Part shown: piece by piece, positions 36,916-50,209 of the stretch
Numbering within the stretch: position 1 is the stretch's first letter
Layout: the number at the start of each line of letters is the position of its first letter
NCBI RefSeq assembly: GCF_036321535.1
Contig: NC_087437.1
Location: 50,160,001 to 50,224,000, forward strand
DNA from: Camelus dromedarius
Taxonomy: Eukaryota
Direction of reading: 5' to 3'
Length of the DNA: 64,000 nt
Notes under the pieces: generated by a model
The model's database searches: none
Told to the model about the DNA's origin: nothing
What the model saw: the letters and a program-made list of their open reading frames with translations, nothing else
Made by a program: the position numbers and the translations under genes

Positions 36916-39711
36916 GGGACTATAATTATGACACCCAAAATCAGGAATTCAGAAGGGCCATCTGCGCAGAATCTTAACCCTGTGTCCTGGGCTTATGCAA
37001 GAGGACTGAAGTGATTGAGGAGACAGATATATGGAGTCCAAGACTTGCGCTTAGAGAAGCAGTTCATGGATCTCTTTGGCAGCCAAGGCGAGTTAGAAAA
37101 CAGGAACTGCGGATTTGTAACAAGACCTCCAGGTAATTCAGTTTGACAACAGAACTTAGATAAAAATCACTGCATGAGCAAGTTGTCAGGAGGACTACTT
37201 ATTCTGCCTTTATTGGCATCAGTTTGGGAACTGGGCTATGTTTGAGCCCACGTTCTCAGACTAACCCTACAATCCCACGGGGGATTGGCAGTGGGGTACC
37301 AGCAATAGCTAATATGACAGTCAAAACTCAGGGAAAACAGTAACAGGAGAAATGAGATAGGGAATGACCAAAGGGAGCCAGAAGGTCCAAGCCCTGACCA
37401 AGAGAAACCAGGGAGTTTGCAACATGTAAAGAGGGTAGAACAGGTGGGCAAGCATCCAGACAAACATCCAGGTGTGCAAGTAGTACTTAGAAATAAAGGA
37501 CAGTCTTATACTGGTAACTACCCCGTTGTCTTAACCTAGAGTGCTTGGGACTAGCCCAAGAAGAGAAAGGAAGCCTGCAATTAAGAGTTGGGAGGAACAG
37601 AGGTAAATCACATAGTGCAGTGCCAGACACATGGTAGGTTTCAGTTCATGACAGGCACATTCATTCATTATCATTGTTTTACCCTGAGCAAGGTCCTGAA
37701 ACAAACTGGGTAATCACAGATCTATCTTCACACTGACTGGTCTTCACAGTCAAAGCCTACAGGAGAGTGACCTGCCCAGGATTTTGACCCCAAAATCACT
37801 TTCTTTACAAAAGTAAAAGTTCTTTATGTGCTGAGAATATAACTATAATATGCCCACGCTCTCTTCAAAAGTCAGGATTCTCCTCCTTTGAGTATACCTT
37901 CAACTCTGAGTCCAGCACCTAACAACATTGCTAGGGGAGGAGATAAATCAAAAAGCATTGGTGAGCCTCCGGAATTATCTATGGATTTCATTCATGCAGG
38001 CTCTATTTCCTCCCAGTAATATTGGTAACTGAGAGATACCTGCTCTATATGTCATGTTTAAGTTATATGAGCCTTCTAATGGACCAAGGAAAGAAACCCA
38101 GAACTTGGTTGTGGTGGGATTTAATACAGTCTTTGGTTCCACTAGCATGACCCCAGCTGCACACATGTATTTTCAAAGAATAGTTAACCAGGGTGAGCCA
38201 TCCAGCTTTTCTTTGCCCAGCCTCAAAAGGCCTCCCCTCTCCTCACACTGACCCACCTTCTCCATTTAATACAAACAGTATAAATATTTAATTTCAAACA
38301 GCAGATTTCTAAGTTCCTCTAAGGACTAGCAAAACCTGATTAATGTTAAGAATCTTTTGGGAAACAAACTTCTTTGCAGCAGAACTACCAGCCTGACATT
38401 CTGCCTGGATTTATATTTCATCATGTGCCCAAGGCTTGAACTTGCTGCAGAACAGGCTTCTCTCCTCTGTGACTGTCACAACTCCAAGGTGCCATTTAGG
38501 TCAATGCATTAACCTTGGTCAAGCAGAGCTGAGCAAGCCAATGGCAAAACCCTGAGTGAGCTATGCTTTAGAAGGCAAATGCTGATAGTTTCAAAGACCA
38601 CATGTCTGAATGCCTATATTTGTCCAGCAAAATCTGTATGATTGTCTGACTCCCCAAAGAGAAGTACCAAAGACACGGAAACAGCCAAGGGGTGTGTACT
38701 ACAGACAGCTATGTTGTACCAGTCTGGAAAATTCACATTATTGTTATAGGGTAGGAAGTTTAGAAAGTTTTGAAGTCAGCATTTTAGCCTTTTTCCTAAA
38801 CCCTGATGTTAGTGAGCAGGGTTTCAGGAAACCCATAAACAGCTACTGTTTTCTTTATCTTGGCATTAACAGGCAACATGAAGGTTTAAGAAAAGTTTGT
38901 TGGAAAATTTCCACTTTGAACGGCAAGGGATTAGGTGTTTATTCCAATTTCTCTCTCACTCGCTCACTTTCTGAGAGGGAAGTTCACTCTTAAGATGAAA
39001 AGCAAACAGCCACAAAAGCATTTCCAAGTACAAAGCCGTGGGGTATATTCCAGCCTTTGGAGAGAGTCTCCCAGGTTTCTAACCACAGCCGGTTTTATGT
39101 TCCGCGCATCAATCCACACATGTGATTGTTACTGTACACCTGTATGTCATTCGGAGGTTCACCCAGCTCAAGCAAATTATATTTTTAAACTATACTCATC
39201 AAAAAAAAAAAAAAGTTCAGGGAAAGGGATTTCCTAGCTCTCAAATAAAAATGTGCAGTGGAGCGCTTACTAAGTAAACAGAAAACATGGGCAGCTGAGA
39301 AATCAATTTAGCTGAACAAACAATGTTCCATGTAATGAACTACTAATTATCCTTTTATGCCATGTCAGTCTGAGTGATTACAGAGCTGTGCAGTTTAATT
39401 TGACGTTTGAGCATTGCCTTGCTCCATTAGCTTCATATAAAGCTACAACACATTCAAAAGGGGGGGAGGGGGGTCTGTACTTATCTGGAACTAAGTAAGC
39501 ACCTGTATTAATAATAAGAGCATCTCAGAATCTTTTTTAAAATATATTTTTCATATGAGAATAAACAAAGCATTAGGAACCTAAGGAGTGTGGAGATCAA
39601 ATTGAGTACCTTATTGTCAGTGGATGAAACACCTTGAAGCAGTGATATGCCCTGGGTTCATCACAGGAACTCCAGCTCTTGAAAACACCACTGCTGTCAG
39701 CTGACACTTAC

Positions 39712-39756
39712 CTCGCTTTCCAGCCCCAGGCTCCAATCGGCGGCAGGATTGCAGAA
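39712..39756 (-). other. Candidate internal exon (45 nt) of an unidentified minus-strand transcript
   Basis: Long polypyrimidine tract ccctttcttcatttcaactctcactctgcatcctcctgttggtccag|TTCTGC...AGCGAG|gtaagt; three CpGs in 45 nt; length divisible by 3; no stop in any frame. Confidence 0.55.
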
Positions 39757-40179
39757 CTGGACCAACAGGAGGATGCAGAGTGAGAGTTGAAATGAAGAAA
39801 GGGTTCTTTTTCAAACTAAACTCATTAAATCATAAGATTCCTTTAAAAAAAAAAAAAAAGAAGAACTTGCATTGTAATGAGAATATGATCAGAGATTAGA
39901 ACCCTTGACTTCACCTGCTTTCTTTTTCATGTCCTATCACATAGTAAATGACATGGCTGAGGGAGTAAATGGTGATCTGGGAATTTTTTTTTTTTATAAT
40001 TCCATCCAATTCAACAAATTCAAGTTGAGTTCCTGCCATGCACTTTCACCTAAGTGTTATGGTAGATGGAGAGAGAAATAAAGATACAACGCATGTCCTT
40101 CAAGGATTGGCCAGCCTTTGGTACTTGAGCCTTCTTCTGTTTTTCAACTTGCTGAGCAAGAAAAATTGGCTCTCATAAG

Positions 40180-40356
40180 CAGGGGTTCTCACCTTTCACT
40201 GCACATTGGAATCACCTGGAGATCCCTCAAAAAACTGACACCTGGATCCCATCCCTAGAGATTCTAATTTGATTGATCTGGATGCAGTGGTAGAGGGTCA
40301 TGATTTTTAAAGCATCTCAGGTAAATCTAATTGGAAGCCACTGTTGCAACCCACTG
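40180..40356. mobile_element. MER5A hAT-Charlie element
   Basis: caggggttctc...gcacattggaatcacctggaga...agagattctaatttgattg...aacccactg. Confidence 0.85.
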
Positions 40357-40559
40357 CTATGTTGACTAAGTGTTTTATCTTGGAGTTATGCCATTTACTC
40401 AATCCACAAGTATTTATTGAGTATTTGGAAGGAACTTCTGTGGTATAGGAAAAGATATACAATGGTGATACAATGATCCCCCAAGAGAGGGAAGAATCAC
40501 CCACCTTTTCAGAAAACATTACACCTAGATTCATACACTTCAGAAAGAATTATCTCAAT

Positions 40560-40700
40560 TAATGCCCACAGTAACCTTGAAATGAGATATCCCCACTTAA
40601 CAGATGAAAAATGAGGCCTGACAAGATTAAACCACTCACTCAAGGTTGAACATTTAGTCAATGACAAACTGGGACTTAAACATAGAACTTTAGAGCCACA
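40560..40700 (-). mobile_element. MIR SINE
   Basis: atccccacttaacagatgaaaaatgaggc. Confidence 0.75.
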
Positions 40701-40704
40701 TGAG

Positions 40705-40865
40705 ATCTCAGTGATGACATAATTCAACCCCTTCATTTTTATGGTGAATACCCTGAGTTCCAGAGAAATTATGTGACTTGACCAGCCAGTGGCTAAACTG
40801 TTTTTAAAGCCCTAAGACTGAAACCCAGTTCCCAGCTCCCACCCAGTTCAGTATTTTTACCTGAA
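40705..40865 (-). mobile_element. MIR3-like SINE
   Basis: ttcaaccccttcatttttatggtgaataccctgagttccagagaaattatgtgacttg. Confidence 0.65.
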
Positions 40866-41177
40866 CAATAGATTGCGTCTCCAAATGGTCAGCTTTGGTC
40901 ACTAGACAATTAAAAATAGGATATTTGATGAGAAACAGGGTTCTAAAACTCATTTGTTACAGCCTCAGATCAAACTGATGATTAAGGAAACAAATCCCCT
41001 GCTTGACACCTAGCATTCAAGCTAGTTAAGAAAAGTAGAGTAATACTATCAGTTAAATTTGTGATAAAGAGACCTTTCCAGGGCCCCAAATCCTAAATCC
41101 TCGACCAACTGCATGCCTGTGGCCTACTTCTTCTCCGTATCTAGAGTACTAGGCAAATATGTTCTTTATTACTAAGT

Positions 41178-41350
41178 CTGCAGTTCTCCATCGTGGATGC
41201 ACATTAGAATCACCTTGTGTGCTGTTGCAAAATACCCAACATGGACCACATCCCCAGAAATTCTGATTTAATTGGTCTGGGTTGAGTTCTGGGCATCAGT
41301 GTTTTTAGAAGCTCCCCAAGTGATTCTGAAGTATAGCGGGTTAGCCCATT
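41178..41350. mobile_element. MER5A-like element
   Basis: gcacattagaatcacc...ccccagaaattctgatttaattggtctggg...aagctccccaagtgattctg. Confidence 0.85.
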
Positions 41351-41574
41351 GATTCCAGGCGTTGCCCTCGAATATACTGGCCCACTCATGGTCCTCAGGT
41401 GCTCTTCATCCGCCTGAACAGAAGATCAGAGTGGGAGGAGGCCTAGTGTTCTCCTCCATGCCTTTTCTCCCCCAAGATTGACCATGGTTCTTCTCTGGCC
41501 TTCCAAGACGGAGAGCAGTTTCTCCCAAGTAAGAAAGGATCAGGCCTCATTTTAAAACACAACATTTTTCTTAA

Positions 41575-41945
41575 AAGTATTTTACAAAATACCTAGCTAG
41601 TACTCCTCAAAACTGTCAAGGTCATGAAAAACAAGGAAGGACTGAGAAACTGTCACAGACCAGAAGGGATTAAGAAAACATGGCAAGTGGAATATAGTAT
41701 CCTGGATTGGATCCTGGAACAGAAAAGACATTAATGGGAAAACTGGTGAAATCCAAATGAAGTCTAGAGTTCAGTAAATAGTCATGTACCAATTTGGTCT
41801 TTTAATTTTGAGTACATTTGTAAGATAATAACATTGGGGAAAACTGAAACTGGTTGAGGAGTATAAGGGGACTTGCTGTGCTATCTTTGCTACTTCTCTG
41901 TAAATCTAAAACTATTCAAAGTAAAGAGTTTATTAAAATAAAAAG
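41575..41945 (+). mobile_element. Old LINE-1 3' end (L1MC/MD-like)
   Basis: gtactcctcaaaactgtcaaggtcatgaaaaacaaggaaggactgagaaactgtcacagac...tgtaaatctaaaactattc. Confidence 0.85.
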
Positions 41946-43099
41946 TAATTTTTTAGATGCACTGAATGAGAGTTTAAAGGATTGCTTATCTCACCTAGTT
42001 TTTAATCATGATACCATTTACTTACTAGTATGGCAAATTGCCTGTATTTGAGGATTTTGTTATTAACTATTTTGTCTTTCAACTATTCCATTGATCTGGG
42101 ACAGAGGGAGCCTTGGCCAGTTCTACCCAGAGGTTAGAAGGAGTCATTAACAATTCTTTCAGTGTTATATATTAATCATGTAGGGAAAAATAGAGGACTG
42201 TGGCATTAAAACACAACAAATCTCAACTCTAGATAATATAGCCTAGCTGCCATGTTCTGAGACATGAAGCCACATGGTTTAGCAGCATAACAAAGTGTTT
42301 CCATTGTGTTGGCAGCACCATTTTTACTGTCATATTCTAACCACACTCACATGCATATTTTATGATCTTACTGAATGCAATGTGTTCTCTACATAGAACA
42401 TATGCAGTCTCTAAGCACATTAAAAACAGCTGCTGCCCGAATCCCTGTCTGTTTTCCCAAGCCCATAAGCCTAGTTCCCAAGCCTGTCTTCCAAGACTGT
42501 TCTACTTAAGAAAAACTGAATGAACTGTTCGCAAGTGGTATTTTGCTACCAGGTCTCCAAGATGATCTCCATAAGAGCTCACTGAAGCTGAAAGGAATCT
42601 AGCTTCTACGTAGAGAGAAACGGAGAGCTAACTACCTTCACTTCTATTCAATCCAAAAGGAAACCAGCTCATGGTGAATGTAGTTTTGTTGCTAAAAGTA
42701 CAAACCCACTTGGTTCTGATCTGATGCCCACTAGAATCATACCATCTTTATCCCACAGCCAAAGAGTGTTCTAGGAACCTTCTAGCCAGTACCCCTGGGA
42801 GGTAAAACAAAAATAAGAAGTTAGGAATAAAAGATGCTGAAGTAGGGCTTTAAAAAGAGTACTTTTATCCAGTTAGACCTGTTCTTTTCTCCCTAGACCA
42901 GTATAGGGTACCTCAGCTTTGACCACCCTGCTAGGATTATGTTTTAAATCAGTCTCCTCCATTGGTCCTGCTTTTGGCTTTCCATGTGGCTAGAGTAGGA
43001 TTTCTGTTACACTATGTTTCAATTTGGAACCTAGAGACTGGGTGGTTCTGTATTTGGCCCGTGCTCAAACTTGTCCTTCCACTCAGCCTCCCACATCCT

Positions 43100-43242
43100 G
43101 TGTTGATTCTGTGCCTATCTATTTCTCCACTTGATTATAAACCCCCAAGGGGAGAAAACCATGTCTTACTCATTTTGTGTCCCTTGCTCTGCCTACCACA
43201 ATGCCTGTCAAATAGCAAGTGTTCAACAAATGTTGGTGGAAT
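43100..43242 (+). mobile_element. LINE-2 3' end
   Basis: cctaccacaatgcctgtcaaatagcaagtgttcaacaaatgttggtggaat. Confidence 0.75.
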
Positions 43243-44607
43243 ATGTTTTATAGTTCTTTAGTGGCCAGGCTTCCTATGGATCTTATTTATGGCTGCAGTC
43301 CCTGTGGTCACACAAACGGGGGAATCAGGGCAGTGCTCAGTCAGAACTCAGCTAGAAGACCCTACATTTCTCCTGCACACCCTGGAAAGAGGAAGGGTTG
43401 ATTCACTGGAGACTGAGGCACTACTAGAAACACTTCAGAACTATGTACCAAAGATACATATTTTCCTTCATCTTTAAGCCAGAGGAAAGTTATGGTTGTA
43501 AACTTACTCCATGATGCAGAATTTATTAACTGAAAAATATTGGTACAGATTCATCTAATAAAGGAGACATTGTTTAAGGGCATGAACTGAAGGCTGAGAG
43601 GAGACAAGCTCTTTAGACATGATGATATATAGAGGACTTGCATGTAAGAGCCGAGGGTGACACAGTTCATAATCAAATGATCTTACTGATAGTAATGCAC
43701 AACAGCAAAACCAGGAGGAGACAGTCTTTTACATGAAGTTGAAGTGACATCTTCTAACCTGAGTCCAAAAGGGTGGGAAGATTAAAGAAAGTCCTCTCTA
43801 GTCTATTCCACCCATCCCTTGCCCCAGCATGAGTTTTAGTTCTACATTCTAGAGATTTCCCTAAAAGCTCCCACCTCGTAGTCCTTTCCCATAAAGCCAA
43901 CTACTCACTCAATCTTTTTTTCTTTCATGCCTTTTTTGCTTTTAAAATGTTTTGTTTCCTTGCACTTGGGTTCTACCTTGGCCTAAGCATCCAGGTACCT
44001 TGTCAATCATCAGCAATTTGCATTTATATTCCTGGACTCAGAAGGTGAAGAAGTAGAAAGAGTAGGGGACCCATGGCAATTACTTCTCCTCAGGAGAAGG
44101 TATGAATCATACCCATCATATTGTCATGATTAACATCTTACTAACATATCTCCCTTAGGTTATTAAGCTAAAATGGTATCAGATTCCTTCTTTACCTTAA
44201 ATCCTGCTACTTTATTGTTTGCAAGAACCCCCCCCCCATATTTCCTATTTGTGTTCCTATCTTATTAAACTACTTATAAGGTCCTTTGAAGGAAGACCCA
44301 TGTCCCCAACGTTTACTTGGTATTTGCTCAAAGGGCACAAAAGGGGTGGGGAAGGAAAGAAAAATACCAGAGACATTCTGTGCTTTTATTCCAAGTTCAT
44401 AACTTTGTAGATTTTTCATAAATCCTACATAAGATGTCTGTAAAATCGTCTTGGCCATGTTGGCAGCCAAAATCCAACAAAGTCTGATTCATTTTACTCA
44501 TTATTTTCATCTTAAGTGAAAATTCTTCTTACAGGCATGCATGTATATTCTTCAACCAAACTGGACAATTACCTACTCTTCTAATTTGTCTTATCCTTTC
44601 TGGCCTA

Positions 44608-45066
44608 TGTTAATCAGATTTGTGCTGGGATCATGCTGCATAACAAACAACCCCCAAATCTCAAGGATTCATAATAACTGGCATTTATTTTACACTCACA
44701 AGTCTGTAGTTCTGCCAAAGGTTGTGTGATCTCAGCTGGGCTCCTCTGGGCCAGGTTGGACTCAGGCCAGATCACTTTCAGGTCTACTTCCATGTGCCTT
44801 CATACTATGTCCAAGGCTGAAGGAGCAACAGTTACCTGGGACATACTCTTCTCAAGACAAAGGGAAGGAGCTCCAAGAGGGCTGGCAGAAATTTATCATG
44901 CCTCTTTTAAGGTCTGTACTCACAAGTATCATGATGTCCCCTTCCATTGGCCTAAGAAAATCACAAGGCCAAGACCAAAGACACTAAGGGCAAGGGAGGA
45001 TGCTCTACCCCAAGCAGTTAGGGGAATGAAATGAATAACTGCTATTCAATGATCTAATCTATCACA
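44608..45066 (-). mobile_element. MaLR solo LTR (MLT1J/K-like) inserted in L2
   Basis: tgctgcataacaaacaacccccaaatctca...ccattggcctaagaaaatcacaaggcc...ctatcaca; ggcct on both flanks. Confidence 0.8.
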
Positions 45067-45437
45067 GGCCTCTGTGGCTTTATTTTTGCTATCCCATTTG
45101 GCTGAAATACCTTTACTATCCACAAACCTCCTATTTAAATCTGGCCCATCATCCTTCCAAGTCCCAGTCCAAGTGTCACCTCCTCCATCAAACTCTCCCT
45201 GGTGTCACTGGGCAGATATAATCATTCCTTTTTCCACACACTGAAATCTATGGCTCAAAGAGTATTTATAACACATAGAATTGCATTGCAGTCATTGTCT
45301 GTTTGAAATATCTCCTATAAAATCCTGAGCACCTTTTAAAAAAAAAAGGGCCTATGAACAATTCATTTTTTATTACATCATTCAATGCCTTTAGTATGAT
45401 AGATGCTCAGTATATGTTGCATAAAGAAATGAATACA
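45067..45437 (+). mobile_element. LINE-2 3' fragment
   Basis: tccttccaagtcccagtccaagtgtcacctcctccatcaaactctccctg...tagatgctcagtatatgttg. Confidence 0.7.
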
Positions 45438-45494
45438 TACACATATTTGTGTACATGTGACTGTGTGTGTGGATGCCGGCATTAAAGAGAAAAT

Positions 45495-45695
45495 ATAATA
45501 ATTAAGGGTTTCAGGCTTGGCATCAGACACACCTTGGTTCAAATTCTGTCTTCTTTGGTTGAGTGCCCTCTGGGAAGGTACATAGCCTCTCTGTGCCTCA
45601 GTTTCCTCAACTATAAAATTGAAATTGTAATAATCCATGTAAAAGGTTGAGTAAAAGACAAACACTTAGTAAGTGCTACTATTTTATTATTACTA
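45495..45695 (+). mobile_element. MIR SINE
   Basis: ggttcaaattctg...ctctctgtgcctcagtttcctcaactataaaattg. Confidence 0.85.
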
Positions 45696-45969
45696 TATAC
45701 ACTATAGTGAAACATTTCTCTTATTATATGCAATGTGATGAAAATATTTTTTAAATAAGTACATAATGACAAGGACTAAAAGGGAACATGTGTTAGAGTA
45801 GTTAAACATCATTTTTTATTTTCTTCATGGGTAATATGGTTTTGTTTGTGCAATTTAAAAAATTAAACATTGTTTTCCCTGGTATTCAGCCAACTTCAGA
45901 GTGCTGACCTATATGGACCTACCACTCCATAAAAATGACTTTTTGAAGAGATGCTACATGACAGATCCA

Positions 45970-46165
45970 TTATAAATATTATTTTTCTAGTTCTCACAAC
46001 AGCCCTGCAAGGTCAGTAATATTATGCCCATTTTATAGATGAGCATGGTAAGATGCTGAGAGGTCAAATTATTTGTCCAAGGCTCTACAGTTAATAAGCA
46101 GGAAATATGGAAAATGGAAATAAGGCCTGACTCTGAAGTTCAGACTTTCTTTTCCACCTCATGTT
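45970..46165 (-). mobile_element. MIR SINE
   Basis: ctcacaacagccctgcaagg...attatgcccattttatagatgag. Confidence 0.85.
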
Positions 46166-46199
46166 TCTGTTCAATCACTATTTCACAGATAATTTACAG

Positions 46200-46959
46200 T
46201 GTGAAAAACAAACTAGAGGCACCCAGACAGGTGTTGGTTTCTAATACCATTCTACAATAAAAACAAACCAGGGCTCCTTGGAGAAATGGCTGAGTCTAGG
46301 ACTGTAGCTGGAAATATGAGTCTGGAGCATTTGTAGTGCCAGCAAGTAACGAAACACTCCAAAAATTTACAAAAAGAAAACACATACACACACAATGATG
46401 TGGTTAGGCCTAAGGGGCACAAAAGCCAACTGAAAGAGCTTCCAGTGGCCAAGCTTGAACAATTTAAGCAACAAAATAAAGTAGTATAGGATTATAAACC
46501 AACATATAAAATAAATACCCATGAGTCCATACTGATATAAATAAATAATTGAATAAAAAAATAACCATCACACAAATTCTACCAGTAGAGCATCCTACAG
46601 AATGCTTGACCAGTACTCCTTGAAACTGTCAAGGTCATCAAAAACAAAGGGATTCTGAGAAACTGTCATAACCAAAGAGCTAAGGAGACATGACAAATAA
46701 ATGTGATGTGGTGGGATTCTAGAACAGAATGAACATTAGGTAAAAACCAAGAAAATCTGAGTAAAAGGGTGAATTTCTGTTAGTAGTAATGTATCAGTTA
46801 ATTGTGACAAATGTACCATACTAATGTAAAATGTTAATAATAGGGGAAACTGGGTACGTAGTATATGGGAACTCTCTATACTATGTTTACAATGATACAA
46901 TATCTTTTCTATAAATCTAAAACTATTCTAAAATTGAAAGTTTATTTTTAAAAAAAAAA
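46200..46959 (+). mobile_element. Old LINE-1 3' end (L1MD-like)
   Basis: aaccagggctccttggagaaatggctgagtctagg...taaatctaaaactattctaaaattgaaagtttatt plus A tail. Confidence 0.85.
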
Positions 46960-49615
46960 CATAGGATCTGGATGTGAAGACAAGTTTCAGCTTTGGAATT
47001 GGCCCCAGATAATCCTGGAATGCAGGCTAGAAGAGTTTTCTTGTTTTCTTGGTGGTGCTCAAGAAAGTACCACCTAACAAAATGCTTGCACTCCATCACA
47101 CTGAAAGCTGGCTAACCCAACAAAGTGGATAATATATCTGGAGATCCTAAATGAGAGACCAATTTGCCAGATCATAAAGCAGTTCATTCCATGGTTATCT
47201 GATGACATCTACCAAAGTCCCCACTACTATATACTCTCATTGCACACATTGTGAATAATTATTTTAGCAACTATCTGTTCAAAGTCTGTCTTCCCCCATA
47301 CACAAGGATTTCCAAGAAGGAAGGGACTTCTTTCACCACATAGTCCCAGAACTTAGCAGCATGCTCCTAGGTGCTCCGTAATTAGGTGTTGGGTAATTAT
47401 TTACTGAACACACGAGTGTCGGTGCAATCTAGAGGAACAATGATCAACACTGCTACATGTGGTCCATGGTAAATGATGAGCCTTGGCTTTCTGAAAATTG
47501 AGAGGCCACTGGGACAAATGTAGCTTCTCTTTCAGTCTTCCCAATCTTGGTTCACGCTTCAGCTCCCCAAATACCATTATTTCTAAGACTTTCAAACAAG
47601 AGCAGAGTGAAGAATTTTACCTGCTGTAATTAAATCTAGTCCTAGAAAACAGTACAGTTGACAAAATCCAAGGAAATTACAAGATCCACATATTTTCTTT
47701 TGTGTGGCTCATCTATTAGCCTAAGAATTCAGCCTATTTTAGGCATCACTAGGAAAAACAGACTCCTAAAAACCATAAGAAACATGTAGCCAAAAGCACT
47801 GTGGGGAAAAACTCTAAGCATAAAACAGATTTCATTAGGGGCACATGGTATTAAGTCTCCCTGGTACATCAATCTTCATTATTGTTATTTTATTCTATCA
47901 GTGCATTCCAGGTCACAGCGAGTTAGTAATTTTGCCATATCTTTCACTGCCTGTCTTTATGTAAGTGCTGCTAAGAATAAAATTAAGCAGTGGGAGAAAA
48001 ACATCAGTTTGGTGTCTAAATTTAGAAAACTTGATGAATAAATCTATTAAATTCATTGTGGGGAAGAGAGAAGAGCAAATCATTCCTTATAGGAAAGATA
48101 AAATAAATAGAAAATAAAAGGTGATTGTCCTTATAATTCAGAACAACAGATTTAAATGTAAAGCCCCCCCACCCTCTTTTATTTACAAATGAGTATATTG
48201 GTTTATTGTGTATTTTCATTCATATAACCCTCAGCTTGAATTTTTAAAAAGACATAATCCGAGGAAAGAAACCATGCAGAAAATAGCTTATATGAACCCT
48301 GGGTTCAGCATTTGCTGGGGAGGAGTAAGACCTTTATGAGATCCTACTGATAGGATATAAATCATCTTCCAAAGATTGTCGAAAGCAGGTCTCCAACACT
48401 CAGCACTGCAGACATCTGGCAGGCTTTTATCCTCATACTCCACCCACCCGCTCAACATCTGGCAGCCCCTTCATCCCCACTCCCCACGCCTGTCCCCAAC
48501 TGCCTCCCAACATCTGCCACACACTTCTCTTAACCTCAGAAGCAAATCCAGTCCAAAGCTCAAAACACAATGTTCCAAGGATGGTGACCTAGAGTCACAT
48601 ACTAGATGGGGATGGAGCAAGGTTTGTTTTTATTTTTTTAACTTCAAATGAATACACAGTTTACTTGAAATTATGCTTTCATGTCTTTCTGGTTCTCCCT
48701 GAGAAACTTGTTTAAAATTGAAATCTATAGTTAACATTAACCTCTTAAAAAGTTTTCTATCACCTGAGAATTGGAGGGTACAAAGAAAAAATAATCAGAA
48801 AAAAATAATTTTATGCTGATGACACACATCTTAAAACAAAGAGAAGTCTGATTGGGAAAAAAATGGACAGAATACCTGTGTGTTGCCTATGTGTACAATC
48901 ACTTAAAGACATAATCCAAAAAAAAAATGTTTTGAAGCCTATTTAAGGAAGTGAATGCTATTTGAATTCTACATTAGTTTAGGAATACCTTCTTAGTACT
49001 TCCAACACCTTATGGCACTTACTGGTTTTACAGAGCCATCTCACATGTGGTCTCCCCTGGTTCTGAACAGGAGGGTAACTTCCTGGTTAGGTTCTCCCTG
49101 AAACATTTCTCCACACCTAGACTTAGGTTTCCTACTATCAGACTTGTATTCTGGACTATACACTCTGGCAGTTGGCTGTTAACCATTTCATGGTATTTAT
49201 CTTAGGGCTACACCTGACTGAGTTAACTCACCAATAGTTTCCTCCCTCTCAACACCCCTCACTCCTACACACACATTGTTTTCCACCCCCTCTCTTCTTT
49301 AGACCAACCCCTATTCTTTTCCTCCAAATAAAGAGATGCTTGCCCTTTCTTTTTTAAGAGAAACATGGGTAAAACCATGTAACCCTGAATGTTCTGGGCA
49401 CAAGCAAATTCCTGAGATGGTATTGGCTTCTGATGAGATAGACGTTCCAAACTTAAAGCCACTCTGGGCTTTGGATGGTTGCCAAGCTGCTGGATATATC
49501 ACAGAGGCTCTGTAGGCCAGAGCCCTATCAAAGCATTTTATCATTTTATTACACACTTAAATTAGCAATTACTTCTGGGACACTATTTAGCTTCTGTTGC
49601 AATGTGAAATTTCTT

Positions 49616-49656
49616 TTTTTTAATTAAAGTATAGTTGATTACAATATTATGTTATT
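49616..49656 (-). mobile_element. Extremely truncated LINE-1 3' terminus (~41 bp)
   Basis: T run + aattaaagtatagttgattacaatattatgtta; flanked by tgaaatttctt (49605-49615)/tgcaatttctt (49657-49667). Confidence 0.7.
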
Positions 49657-50209
49657 TGCAATTTCTTACTTACAAGTTTAAATATGTTTAGTGACTGTTT
49701 ATCAGTCAGAATTACTTGCACATATGTGTGTGTTTTGTTCTCTGTTAATGTTTTATTTTCATCCCTAAGAACACTATTAAAGAGTTATATCAACATTATT
49801 TTCTATTTTGAATGTTACCTGGACTGGGGAAATCTTCGTGCTTATTAAAATTACAGGAATAGTAAGCCACGTTAGGTTGGAAGTAGACTAGAATCATAAA
49901 TGGTCTTTGCATGGCAATATTATCATAAGCAAGATGAAGATGACATGAGTAAAGGCTACAGAGAGTGCACAATAAGCCTAACTAATACATAATATACTGA
50001 AGAGAGCATTTGAGTGGGAGATAGACTTGCCTTCTAGTCCAAGATCTCTGTTATCTAGCTTTGTGATGTTATGCATGCCTCTTCACCAATCTGGGTCTTG
50101 GTTTTCTCATCTAATTTTTCCTGATTTTGTATTATTAAAAAGAAAAAAACCTCATTCACAAAAGTAGAGAGAATAGTACAGTTAACCCAGCTTCAAAAAT
50201 TATCACTAT

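Noticed and set aside
41477..41528. Plus-strand exon-like unit (cccccaag|ATTGAC...CCCAA|gtaaga); similar ones near 34846 and 56357
   Set aside because: Splice-like pairs of this strength are common by chance; no consistent plus-strand chain or recognisable peptide
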